DNA from: Macrostomum lignano
Taxonomy: Eukaryota
Assembly (NCBI GenBank): GCA_002269645.1
Contig: NIVC01002846.1
Coordinates: forward strand, 6,491 to 70,490
Direction of reading: 5' to 3'
DNA length: 64,000 nucleotides
Shown: positions 24,223-36,900 of the stretch, one piece after another
Numbering within the stretch: the first letter of the stretch is position 1
How the letters are laid out: every line of letters begins with the position of its first letter
Position numbers and translations under genes: made by a program
Notes under the pieces: generated by a model
Databases searched by the model: none
What the model saw: the letters and a program-made list of their open reading frames with translations, nothing else
Told to the model about the DNA's origin: nothing

Positions 24223-25707
24223 ATGCCATCCACTGAATCCAGCGGCAGTCTGGGTGAGTCCACAGAACTCCTGACTCCGGGCAGGTCGCGGATGAGCGGC
24301 TCCAGCAAGGTATCCGTGGCCATGCTGCTCGTGATGAAACTCTGCGGACACATGTACGAAAATCAAATGGCCACTTTCGACGTAAAAGCGTTCAATCAGA
24401 CAGCTGCCAACGCCGGGATTTGCGTCTACGAAAAGCAGACGCCGACTAGCATGCTCAATATTGTTGTAATCGCCATGGCAATTGCAGCGCTTTGTTTACC
24501 AACTCTGGGCGGCCTGCTGTCCGATGCTTTCCTCGGGTGCCTCAGGACTCTGTGGATCGGCGTCGGACTGCAGCTGTGCGGCAGCGCCATGCTGACGGCC
24601 TTCGACTCGGCTGGCCTGGTTTGCCGAATGCCGATGTACCTGCTGGCCTGGGTTCCCGTTCTGCTGTTCCTGGGCTTCAGCGACTCGCTGACGCTCTACG
24701 CGCCGATGCAAATCGCCACGAGCAGCCGCACCAGGCAGCTGCTGCTCTGCCTGTACTTTTTCGCCGCGGCCACCGGCGAGACGATTGGCAACGTGCCATC
24801 CATGCTGAAGTACTTCACGGAGAGAAGCTACGAGTACTTGTGCGTCATCTTCGCCGTCTGCAGCTTTCTTTGCCTGACGGTGCTGACGTTGCAAAGCGAA
24901 GACGCCGTGCTGAGACACGAAAATGTCGAGAACTTCGTGATGCCTAGAAGAAAGCGGCTGATAAAATTTTATCTGATCGCAGCGGGCACGATTCCGCATC
25001 TGGCCTCCATCACGATGTGCCGAGTCACTCTGTACTGGTACCAGATCCGGCTGTTTACTCACGCTTACGGCGACAAGGACGTCCTGGCCTACTTTATCCC
25101 GCTTGGTGGCTATCAGACAGCTACGATTTCCTTGAGCCTGCTGGGAGCAGCTGCAATCTACAAGCTCGGAGCACCTGGCTGGGCGAGCTTAATGACCCGC
25201 ATTCGAGCCGGTCTCTGCCTGATGACCGCCTCAAAAATCCCGCTTATGCTGTTGAGTCTGCTCGACTTCCATCAGGTGATCAGCATGGAGAGCTGGAGCT
25301 CCGCAACAGTGTGGACCGTCTACTTCGTGTCCGCCTTTTGCGACGGAGTCACCAATGTGCTCACCACAATGGCCATCTACGAGATGATCTACCGCATTGC
25401 TGACGCCGGCGCCAAAGCGACCATGGTGGGCATTTTCTACACAGTCTGGGGACTCGCCATCTTCCTCAACGGCGCCATTTTGCTGTCTCTGCAGGCTTGC
25501 AACGTGCTGCATTTGGACCTTAACGACAGAGTTAAGCCGAAGTCGCACTACGCATACGGCTGCGTCATCTGCCTGCTGCTGATCGAAATCGCCTACTGGG
25601 AGAAGATCTCGTGGCCTCTGGCCTCCGGGCTGCTGTCGGATCACGAGGCTGAGGAGGCCGAAGGGCAGGATGGACCTCAGCTGAGCTCATTTGCCGGGCG
25701 GGACTGA
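24223..25707 (+). CDS. Intronless MFS transporter, divergent POT/PTR (SLC15-like) family, 494 aa
   Basis: Long GC3-rich ORF with about 12 hydrophobic segments. LGGLLSDAFLGCLRTLWIG resembles the PTR motif GGxxAD-x2-LGxxxT, and YEMIYRIADAGAKATMVGIF resembles the PTR2 late-loop motif. Confidence 0.7.
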   Translation: MPSTESSGSLGESTELLTPGRSRMSGSSKVSVAMLLVMKLCGHMYENQMATFDVKAFNQTAANAGICVYEKQTPTSMLNIVVIAMAIAALCLPTLGGLLSDAFLGCLRTLWIGVGLQLCGSAMLTAFDSAGLVCRMPMYLLAWVPVLLFLGFSDSLTLYAPMQIATSSRTRQLLLCLYFFAAATGETIGNVPSMLKYFTERSYEYLCVIFAVCSFLCLTVLTLQSEDAVLRHENVENFVMPRRKRLIKFYLIAAGTIPHLASITMCRVTLYWYQIRLFTHAYGDKDVLAYFIPLGGYQTATISLSLLGAAAIYKLGAPGWASLMTRIRAGLCLMTASKIPLMLLSLLDFHQVISMESWSSATVWTVYFVSAFCDGVTNVLTTMAIYEMIYRIADAGAKATMVGIFYTVWGLAIFLNGAILLSLQACNVLHLDLNDRVKPKSHYAYGCVICLLLIEIAYWEKISWPLASGLLSDHEAEEAEGQDGPQLSSFAGRD

Positions 25708-26620
25708 CGCGTGGATCGCTTGCACTTCTTATGTGCAGTACATTCAGTAATTCTTCAGAGTAGATAAAAGGTGCAAGACTTAGTGATCTGAATGCTTCTG
25801 TTGCGAGTAATTTTGAGCTGAAAAAAAACTGTCACGAGGTTCACAAGAACAGACAAATTTACTATTTAAACTGTAATTTACTGCTCCAATAAATTTAATC
25901 TTCTATCACGCAAATTTTGTAGCTTAAAAATTGATTCGAATTTGTTTGTGCTGTAATCCATCTAATCAAACTCCGGAGATGCACTCAGCAACATGCTTAA
26001 GTTTCCACCACGCCTGCGGTTCTCGTCTCAACAGTGGGTGATGCGATTTGCGTCACAAGGCCCCCCCCCCAGCTCAGGCTGTTAAGGAGAAAGCGGAGAG
26101 CGATGGCTTTTAGAGTTGAATTAACTAAAGGCTGAAACATGTTGCTGGGGGACCTTGCTTTGAAAACTTGACATGTAAGGCTCGTTCATACTGCTCGGAC
26201 TTGTACACCAATTTGCGTTGGCTTTGTAAACTAGCTGTGCTACCTAATGGCAAGGACCACTAGGTACACTTTGTTCTAGTCTAGTAGCCCTTGTTTAATT
26301 ACAGAGTGAGGGGCCGCTATAAGACGGCCAAACCAGTCGGTCGATCTGCCAAATGCAAAGTTAAGATAAGCTTCGTGTCGAAACTGTACTTAAGCCGAGA
26401 GAGCAACAGCGTACATTTTTAGAATCCTAACTAAGCGTGGGGCTACATGCTCCGATTGTGTGCAGCTGTGTAAAATTGCTGTGAGCGCTGTGATACGAGC
26501 TCCGCTGTAAACAAGTCAGTCGGCTGTTTTTGAATGCTATATTCAAGCTTTTAATCAAAGCCACAATTTTATGGTAGAAGGCTACGTAAAAGTTCGAGCA
26601 AAACTCCATTTGCTAGAGGA

Positions 26621-28363
26621 TTGAAAGCCAAAAACCTCGTCCTCGGTCTAGCGGTGGCGGTGGCGGCCGCTGCCGCACTGCTGGCCAACAGCGGCCTGCT
26701 GCACTCGGCGCTTCCCGGCGGAATCGAAGACCCGGAGCCGCTGCAGCGCATTCTGCCTACGTTCAACTTTGTGTTTTACACGGGCGTTGCCTCATGGATG
26801 CTGGGTGCCACTCGGAAAGTGTTCGAACCTGCCAAGTTTCTGTTGCGAATCATCAGGTCGAGCAATGCGGCCGTCAGCTTTCCTGAGCTTGAGTCTCGAA
26901 TTGAGAGCATTACAAGGGTGAGCAATGGGGCGCAGGGTAGCTCTGCGGTTAGAGTGTCTTAACTGTACGGATCGACCGTCCCTTGATTTGCGAGAAGTAT
27001 TACCGTTGAAACCATTAGAGTTAATCCGTAATGTGACGTTAACTCCCGCACTGAAGGCTGACGGATCGCAGCTCACACTGAAGATCGATGCTCCAAACAA
27101 GTAGCAGATGAAGTCGCAGAAACCATCGCCCGCCATCCTATTCCTGCACGGCGGAGGCTATGTGCTCAACAGCCCGGCTGAGTACAGCTACCTTACTGGG
27201 AACCTGTCCTCCAGCCTAGGCGTGCCAGTCTTCTCGCCCGACTATCGCAAGAGTCCGACGTGGACGCATCCGGCTGCGCTGGAGGACGCCCTGGCGACGC
27301 TGCGCCACCTGCGGTCGAATGCCGAGGCTTACGGGCGTACGGCATCGATCCCGAGCGGCTTCTGCTCGGCGGGGACAGCGCCGGCGGCCACCTCAGCATC
27401 GGCGTCACCCTGCGGCTCCTGCAGGCTGGCGAGGCCGTGCCGTCGGCCCTGCTGCTCATCTACCCTGCCACGCAGCTCGTCACTTTCTGCCTGCCCAGCC
27501 ACCTGGAGAATCGATTCGACGTTTTCTTGTCCGAGTCAACGGCGTGCGCATTTCGACTGGCCTACCTGGTTGGCGACACGGCCGACGTGCCGGTGTGGAA
27601 GGCCAGCAACCACAGCAGCCCAGCCATCAGGTAGGCCGTCTGGACATATCATTTTTAGTGCTTCCCTTCTTTAAACTACAGAAGGGGGTTTTGCAGAGCT
27701 TTCAGAAGCTCAAAGCTAAACATCGTAGATTTCTAATCGCACTGGGAAGTGACTAGCAAGCTGCAAGTATCCAAGCCTAAGCAATGCCCGCAACCATTAG
27801 ACAACCATGACCGCTTTGTACCCGGAGTGTACTTTGAGGACGCAGTCGAATGTAGACATGCAGCATTCTGTTGATGCTTGGAGCAGTTAACATGTAGTTC
27901 ATCGCTGCGACACCGCTCTGCCACGAAGCCCAGCATTCAGTCCCGTCAGCACTCGCATTACAGGTCGGAGTTGGCCAAGAAGTTCGGCCTGCCTCAGCTG
28001 GCCAGCCAGTGCCCCAAGGATATCGGGGGAGCCGGACTGGACTGGGCCATCAGCCGGTACGAGTTCGCCTACAGGGACTGGCTGCTGTCTCCGCTGTTCG
28101 CTCCGGACGAGTTGCTGGCGAAATTTCCACCCAGCCTCACGCAGACCTGCCAGTTTGATGTACTGCGCGACGAGGGCCGCATGTTCCACGAGCGGCTGGT
28201 GCGAGCCGGCGCCGCAGGCGGTTCCAGAAGCCACAGGCACCGGCGCTACGCCTCAGTGCACGGCATGTACGGCTTCCTGCGGACCGGTCACGCACCAGCC
28301 GTTGCCGCAATGGACGAAGCCAAGGCCTTCGTTGCTTCGGTCCTCGGACTGGACAAAAACTAG
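26621..28363 (+). pseudogene. Arylacetamide deacetylase / hormone-sensitive lipase family esterase with three apparent lesions
   Basis: Exons ~26621-26917, ~27021-27630 and 27964-28363. Motifs: N-terminal hydrophobic anchor, HGGGY, DYRKSP, GDSAGG, FDVLRDEG and HGMY. Lesions: no in-frame ATG, in-frame TAG at 27102-27104, and an 8-nt duplication frameshift near 27324-27339. These could be assembly errors. Confidence 0.7.
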
Positions 28364-28539
28364 AAAATTTGTAGCTGTTTTATGCTCACACCATCGGCGC
28401 AGGCACTCCTCCGCGGTCCTTGGCAGGCACATGAAACTCTCAAGGCAGAGAAGAACAGAAACTCGCTAAAACAAATCAAAATGATATAAAAACAAATGGG
28501 CAACAATATAATCAAGATTTGGTAGCAAGACTGCAACTG

Positions 28540-28905
28540 CAGCAACTGCTTCCTTCAGTGCGCGACAAGAGACGCGATTTGTGGGAAGCCAACTCGTGGT
28601 TCCTTCATCAGGACAATGCGCCAGCTCACTATGTGTCAGGCAGTATCTGGCGAATAGGAATGTCATGGCAGTGCTAGACCAGTCTTCATATTCACCCAAT
28701 CTAGCTCCCTGCGATATTTTCCTATTTCCCATGCTCAAGGAGGTTCTCAAAGGTACTCAATTTCCTGATGCTGATACCATCAGAAGGGCCACGACGACAA
28801 AACTGCAAAGTTATTCCCAAAGAAGCCTTCCAGGGCTGCACGGAGGCCTGGCGCACGGAGGAATGGACAAGTGCGTTCGACTCAGGGGGGGGGACTTATA
28901 TTAAC
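28540..28905 (+). mobile_element. Mariner (DD34D) transposase C-terminal fragment, frameshifted
   Basis: WFLHQDNAPAH followed by YSPNLAPCDIFLFPMLKEVLKG and KCV at the end match the mariner HDNAxPH / YSPDLAP-x-D / RWxKCV motifs. Confidence 0.88.
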
Positions 28906-29039
28906 TGCGTTATTAAGGAATTAAGAAAATTTAGTAAAACAAACTAATGACAAATATTTGACAGCACAATACATTTCTGCAGTAGTATAACGCGCATTTT
29001 ACTTAGAGTTAAATATTAAGCCTTGCAAAGGGAACAACA

Positions 29040-29430
29040 AAGCTGCTAGGCGGATTATATTTCTGGCCTACAATACAGCAAAATGGTGCTAAAGCTGCTT
29101 TCTAGTGCTAGAAAAAGAGGTGCTTACAGTTAATAAATACTCTACAGCATAAATACAGGTGTATAAATATCGTAATAACAAGTAATCATAATGAGACATG
29201 ACATCCGCAAGAGAGAGTGAATGCAATGCACTGACTTCAACAGCCAGCTGCTTGAGTTGAGGGTGGAAGTTAGTGCGATATTGTTCTGTAAAAAACAGAA
29301 TAAAAACTGCTAAAAAGTTCAGTGGAGACAGCTCAGAGTGAAACTTGAGATCCGCATTAACGGGAAATTTCCCTCTGAATAAAAAGAGAAAAAAAGTAAA
29401 ACAAAAAATCAAACTGCAGCGTGCTGGAGT
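29040..29430 (-). mobile_element. Possible decayed hAT transposase C-terminal (dimerization) remnant
   Basis: Minus-strand fragments HPQLKQLA, YLLTVSTSFSS-(frameshift)-ESSFSTI and RLAAF resemble hATC FPxLxxLA...LLTxPxTSxSxERSFS...ERL. Confidence 0.35.
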
Positions 29431-29814
29431 GGACACTAATGGATTTCGCAGACATTTAATATAATAAAACTACTACATGAACTACTCGCAGTAGGAATAA
29501 CAGCGCTTGTGCGCTGAGCGGGAATTAAAAAGTGAATTATGATGGTACAGCTATGTTGCGGAAACAGATATGTACAGCTGGGATATAAGGGCATGGCCAA
29601 TAAACTGGCGCCCTTGTTGTTCACAAGATTGCTGCAGAAAATGAAAAAGCCAAATGGGAAAAAACTTGAAATGTGCGCGAATTTTCGGAATACACGAGTG
29701 TTGCTAAATAAAGAGGCTTGGCTCACCAGGTGAAGCAAGCTTAAACAAGGTGGTATAAAGTTAGTGGCAGTGTAAAAAGGCAACGTAAAACTGGCTTTTG
29801 TAGGCTTAACAAAC

Positions 29815-30650
29815 TGCTCAGATCTGCTCATACCCAGCTGCACTGCTCAGATCTGCTCATACCCATCTGCACTGCTCAGATCTGCTCATACCCAGCTGCA
29901 ACCAGTGCTCAGATCTGCTCATACCCATCTGCACTGCTCAGATCTGCTCATACCCATCTGCACTGCTCAGATCTGCTCATACCCATCTGCAACCAGTGCT
30001 CAGATCTGCTCATACCCATCTGCAACCAGTGCTCAGATCTGCTCATACCCATCTGCACTGCTCAGATCTGCTCATACCCATCTGCAACCAGTGCTCAGAT
30101 CTGCTCATACCCATCTGCAACCAGTGCTCAGATCTGCTCATACCCATCTGCAACCAGTGCTCAGATCTGCTCATACCCATCTGCAACCAGTGCTCAGATC
30201 TGCTCATACCCATCTGCACTGCTCAGATCTGCTCATACCCATCTGCAACCAGTGCTCAGATCTGCTCATACCCATCTGCAACCAGTGCTCAGATCTGCTC
30301 ATACCCATCTGCAACCAGTGCTCAGATCTGCTCATACCCATCTGCAACCAGTGCTCAGATCTGCTCATACCCATCTGCAACCAGTGCTCAGATCTGCTCA
30401 TACCCATCTGCACTGCTCAGATCTGCTCATACCCATCTGCAACCAGTGCTCAGATCTGCTCATACCCATCTGCAACCAGTGCTCAGATCTGCTCATACCC
30501 ATCTGCAACCAGTGCTCAGATCTGCTCATACCCATCTGCAACCAGTGCTCAGATCTGCTCATACCCATCTGCAACCAGTGCTCAGATCTGCTCATACCCA
30601 TCTGAAACCAGTGCTCAGATCTGCTCATACCCATCTGAAACCAGTGCTCA
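29815..30650. repeat. 33/29-bp minisatellite (CTCAGATCTGCTCATACCCATCTGCAACCAGTG)n downstream of LASP
   Basis: Direct reading; two unit lengths are interspersed. Confidence 0.95.
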
Positions 30651-30924
30651 ACAAAAGCAGTCCATAAAATAGCAGTGACACAAATACTGATAAATGTAAC
30701 AATCAAAATTGAAAATTTCCAGATTCCAAATAAGCAAACGAAAAAAGTGGAACAAGCCAGTTTGACCAGAAAAGTTGACAATGAAGGTTTTCATTTTTTC
30801 AACAGATACAGAACACTGCTCGCAAAGATTAAAGGATATAAAAATTTGTTAGTAAGTCAACTACCCCTACTTTGTCCAGGCATATTGAGCTGGCAGTTTA
30901 GCAAAACCTGCTCAGTGAATGAGC

Positions 30925-33900
30925 TCACACGGCGGACACGTAATTGGCTGGCAGCATGCCAAACTCCCCAGTCCGCTCCACCCTGCCGTACATCCAGCCC
31001 TCGTCAATCGGATCGCCATTGGTGATCAGGTCCCCTTCGTTGAAGGACACCTCGTCTGTGTCGCTGGCGGCGTAGGCGTACAAGGCTCGGTAGCAGCGCT
31101 GCGGAGCGGGGGAGGGAACTCGTTACCCTGACTCCACACCCCCGGTAGCATCTGACTCCACACCCCCAATTACACCGGACTGCACACCCCCAATTACACC
31201 TGACTGCACACCCCCAATTACACCTGACTGCACACCCCCAATTACACCTGACTGCACACCCCCAATTACACCGGACTGCACACCCCCAATTACACCTGAC
31301 TGCACACCCCCAATTACACCGGACTGCACACCCCCAATTACACCTGACTGCACACCCCCAATTACACCTGACTGCACACCCCCAATTACACCTGACTGCA
31401 CACCCCCAATTACACCTGACTGCACACCCCCAATTACACCTGACTGCACACCCCCAATTACACCTGACTGCACACCCCCAATTACACCTGACTGCACACC
31501 CCCAATTACACCGGACTGCACACCCCCAATTACACCGGACTGCACACCCCCAATTACACCTGACTGCACACCCCCAATTACACCTGACTGCACACCCCAA
31601 TTACACCGGACTGCACACCCCCAATTACACCTGACTGCACACCCCCAATTACACCGGACTGCACACCCCCAATTACACCGGACTGCACACCCCCAATTAC
31701 ACCGGACTGCACACCCCCAATTACACCGGACTGCACACCCCCAATTACACCTGACTGCACACCCCCAATTACACCGGACTGCACACCCCCAATTACACCT
31801 GACTGCACACCCCCACTTACACCGGACTGCACACCCCCAATTACACCGGACTGCACACCCCCAATTACACCTGACTGCACACCCCCAATTACACCGGACT
31901 GCACACCCCCAATTACACCTGACTGCACACCCCCACTTACACCTGACTGCACACCCCCACTTACACCGGACTGCACACCCCCAATTACACCTGACTCCAC
32001 ACGGCACACCCCCACTACACCTGACTCCACACCCTTAATCACATGAGTCCACAATCTCCTTTCTCGCTTGCAAAAGAATAACCGGCCTAGGAAAACGGCC
32101 TTGGCTCGCCAGGAATATTTAATATTTAATTCCAGTCTGTACTGCCGATATGACAGAAATTTTAATGCAATGCAGAGAAGCTGCTAACTAATTTCAATAT
32201 CGAAACGAGTTTTCACATCCTAGATGGGTGACATCTTTAGTAGCTAAAAGATCTAAGTCAAATAAAAACCAAAACATGCATCTGAAAATCTTGTACTCAT
32301 ACGTACCCCCCGATCTGAAACAGCAGCTGCTTTGGGCTGCTGCTGCTGTTGATACTGCGGCTGTTGCTGGTACTGGGGCTGCTGCTGGTGCTGCGGCTGT
32401 TGCTGGTACTGGGGCTGCTGCTGGTGCTGCGGCTGTTGCTGGTACTGGGGCTGCTGCTGGTGCTGCGGCTGTTGCTTGTACTGAGGTTGCTGCTGGTGCT
32501 GCGGCTGTTGCTTGTACTGAGGTTGCTGCTGGTACTGCGGCTGCTGCTGGTACTGAGGTTGCTGCTGGTACTGAGGTTGCTGCTGGTACTGCGGCTGTTG
32601 CTTGTACAGGGGTTGCTGCTGGTACTGCGGCTGTTGCTGGTACTGCGGCTGTTGCTGTTGCTGGTACTGCGACTGTTGCTGCTGCCGCTGCTGCTGATAC
32701 TGTTGGTACTGAGGCGGCTGCTGAATCTGTGGCTGCCGCTTCTCAGCAGCGGACGTGTACGACACCCCTCCGATGCTGTGCGGGTTGAACCCGCCAGAGC
32801 CCACGCCGCCAGCCTGCCGTTGCTGCTGCGGCTCCCAGCCGTCGTTGTTGGCCGTTTCGGCCGCCTTGGCGCCGCGGGCTTTTTCGAAGTCCTCGTGGTA
32901 CTTTACCTGTGTGGCGCGGCGACCGATTTAATGAGGAACTTCAGGTTAATGAGACTGACACTTGATAGACTTCCGGTGGGTGAAACTGACACTTAATAGA
33001 CTTCTGGTGGGTGAGACTGACACTTGAGAAACATCCAGTGGGTGAGACTGACACTTGAGGAACATCCGGTGGGTGAGACTGACACTTGAGGAACATCCAG
33101 TGGGTGAGACTGACACTTGAGGAACATCCAGTGGGTGAGACTGACACTTGAGGAACATCCGGTGGGTGAGACTGACACTTGAGGAACATCCGGTGGGTGA
33201 GACTGACACTTGAGGAACATCCAGTGGGTGAGACTGACACTTGAGGAACATCCAGTGGGTGAGACTGACACTTGAGGAACATCCAGTGGGTGAGACTGAC
33301 ACTTGAGGAACATCCGGTGGGTGAGACTGACACTTGAGGAATATCCGGTGGGTGAGACTGACACTTGAGGAACATCCAGTGGGTGAGACTGACACTTGAG
33401 GAACATCCAGTGGGTGAGACTGACACTTGAGGAACATCCAGTGGGTGAGACTGACACTTGAGGAACATCCAGTGGGTGAGACTGACACTTGAGGAACATC
33501 CAGTGGGTGAGACTGACACTTGAGGAACATCCGGTGGGTGAGACTGACACTTGAGGAACATCCGGTGGGTGAGACTGACACTTGAGGAACATCCAGTGGG
33601 TGAGACTGACACTTGAGGAACATCCGGTGGGTGAGACTGACACTTGAGGAACATCCGGTGGGTGAGACTGACACTTGAGGAACATCCGGTTGGTGAGACT
33701 GACACTTAAGTAACTTCCGGTGGGTGAGACTGACACTTGAGGAACATCCGGTGGGTGAGACTGACACTTAAGTGACTTCCGGTGGGTGAGACTGACACTT
33801 GAGGAACATCCGGTTGGTGAGACTGACACTTGAGGAACATCCGGTTGGTGAGACTGACACTTAAGTGACTTCCGGTGGGTGAGACTGACACTTGAGGAAC

Positions 33901-36900
33901 ATCCGGTGGGTGAGACTGACACTTAAGTGACTTCCGGTGGGTGAGACTGACACTTGAGGAACATCCGGTGGGTGAGACTGACACTTGAGGAACATCCGGT
34001 GGGTGAGACTGACACTTGAGGAACATCCGGTGGGTGAATCTAGCTGACACTGCGGGGCAGTGATGTCAGGGACACATTGCTGGGTTTACTTACATTAGAC
34101 ACCACCTGCGCATTTTGGCGATGGCGGAGACTTTCCGGATCGTCAGTCACCGCCGTGTAACGACCTTTAGCCTTCTCAAAGTCGCTGTGGTATTGCACCT
34201 GCAAATTCATATCACCCCTATAGTAACTAAAAGTTATTCAATCTAGAAAGCTTTGACAACTACTAAAATGCAACTTACATTGCTAATAACAGCCGTGTTC
34301 TGTTTAACTCTCTGCATCTCTGGGTTGTCGCTCACAAAAGTGTAGGTCTTCGGCTGTGGATAGTGACTGCGGGAAAATTCATGTGTATCACAGGTTGTAT
34401 TGTAATAGAATTGTAAAAATAAAGGAGCATAAAAAAGACTCAATTTTATTTTTAGACTCACGCTCCGCAGTAGGGTTTCTTCTCAAAGCCTTTGTAGTTC
34501 TTCATGTTGAGGGTCATGCCACACACCTGGCATTTGAAACAGCCCTTGTGCCAGACCTGTGCATCAATAGATAAACATTATTGGTTATATTTGGCATAAT
34601 TAGGAAAAAAAGTTAAATATTGTACATATTGTAACACATTATATATATTATTATACATATTATAACAATATAGAATAATTATTGATTAGACCTATGAAGT
34701 ACACCTGCCCTAATAGGCAGATATGCAATTAATAGGTCAGTTGCAGCATTTATGTGGCATATCTAAAGGCTGCATATGGCTATTTAGCCCCTACACACCC
34801 TCAATTACCCTTACCCAACCCTAGCTAATGCTAATAGCTATTCTATAGCTGGGGACTGAAGCAATGCAGGGTTAAGGGCATCATTGTTCAAGGACACAAA
34901 ATGTTCCAAAATGAGTTAAGAAATGAGAATTTAACCCATAACCTTTTAGCTGACTTTAAAACTCCATCCACTAGGCTTTAACCCTTTTATATAAAGATTA
35001 TGTATAGCAAGAAAAATATGTTTCAAGATAGTTATAGACATTAGAAATGATTAAAGACTAAAGTAGTAAAAAGTTAATAAAATGTTTAATACCAATTAAT
35101 TGATGATAGGCCTGATCCTTGATCTTCATGTCTCTATTTTGCTAATGTATTTTATAGGCTAAGCAATAATTTTGGAAAAAAATGTTTCAACAAATAATGC
35201 ATTGGCAATATATATAATGTTTTGTCAAAATCATTTTCTAGGGCTGTACATTTTTAAGCCACAATGTTATACATTTAAAAAAATCAAGTGACTATAATGC
35301 CAATATTTATAATATATATTTTATGTTTGTTTAATTTTTTGTCATTTTAATTAGTAAGGTAAAAGTTAACACCACACTTAGAGACACAGCGGCCATGTCT
35401 CTAATAGTGACTAGGTCCATACTTATACTATCACTAAGGACACCTAAGTACTATTGATCAAAGAGCTGCTGCCTTTGCAGCTTTGCTTTGCTGTGGATTG
35501 GAAAAATCAATCATTAGAGAAATTGTAACATCAACGAATTAACAGAATCTCATTTTCAGAATCTGCCTACAATGTCAACAAATAATTTGGCATAATTGAA
35601 GAGTGTATAACAAGATTTTGTTTGCCATTAATAAACACTCGAGTTTGCAGTGGAGGGTGGCAGCAAGTGTGCATGTAGTAAAACAAATGCCAACTTTGGT
35701 CAATCTTGGCAGGTTTGGACAAGGGGGGCAACAATGGGGGAGTGGGCAAAAATTGAGCATTGAGATAAACAGGCGAGGCTAAGCAGTTCAAAGCTGTAAA
35801 AATTAATTAGTTAGAGTAAAATAATTGTGAAATTGAGGTGCAACAAAAAACCAGTAGCATTGGGAGAGTGGGCAAAGCAAAGTGTCTGAAGAGCATCGCA
35901 TTCAGCAGAGTAACTCAGCCAGTTATTTAGCATATTAGGAGAATGGGAGTGGCGAGCATGCAGAACAAAACTGAGTGTTAAATAAATATATATAATAAAT
36001 ATTTGGCAGCCATGTCTCTAATAGTGACTAGGTTCATACTTATAGACATAGCAGCCATGTCTATAATGCAGAAACTTATAGACATGATGGCATTATTAGA
36101 GACACAGCTGCTGTGTCAATGAAACTTTCATAGCAGCAGTGTTGTTAATATTGGATGGGTTCACACTTAGAAACAAAAGTGGATGGCCATGTTATTAATA
36201 TTAAATGGTTTTGCACTTAGAAACATGGTGGGTGGCTGTGTTGTTAATATTGAATGGGTTTGAACTTAGAGACACAATGGATGGCCATGTTAATATTGAA
36301 TGGGTTTGCACTTAGAGACACAATGGATGGCCATGTTAATATTGAATAGGTTTGCACTTAGAGACACAATGGATGGCCATGTTAATATTGAATAGGTTCA
36401 CACTTAGAGACACAATGGATGGCCATGTTAATATTGAATGGGTTTGCACTTAGAGACACAATGGATGGCCATGTTAATATTGAATAGGTTTGCACTTAGA
36501 GACACAATGGATGGCCATGTTAATATTGAATAGGTTCACACTTAGAGACACAATGGATGGCCATGTTAATATTGAATAGGTTTGCACTTAGAGACACAAT
36601 GGATGGCCATGTTAATATTGAATAGGTTTGCACTTAGAGACACAATGGATGGCCATGTTAATATTGAATAGGTTTGCACTTAGAGACACAATGGATGGCC
36701 ATGTTAATATTGAATAGGTTCACACTTAGAGACACAATGGATGGCCATGTTAATATTGAATAGGTTTGCACTTAGAGACACAATGGATGGCCATGTTAAT
36801 ATTGAATAGGTTCACACTTAGAGACACAATGGATAGACATATTAATATTGAATTGGTTCACACTTAGAGACACAATGGATGGCCATGTTAATATTGAATG

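Noticed and set aside
32349-32996. Plus-strand ORFs with LLLVLR / AAAVAG repeats resembling membrane proteins
   Set aside because: They are antisense readings of the LASP Q/P/Y coding repeat.
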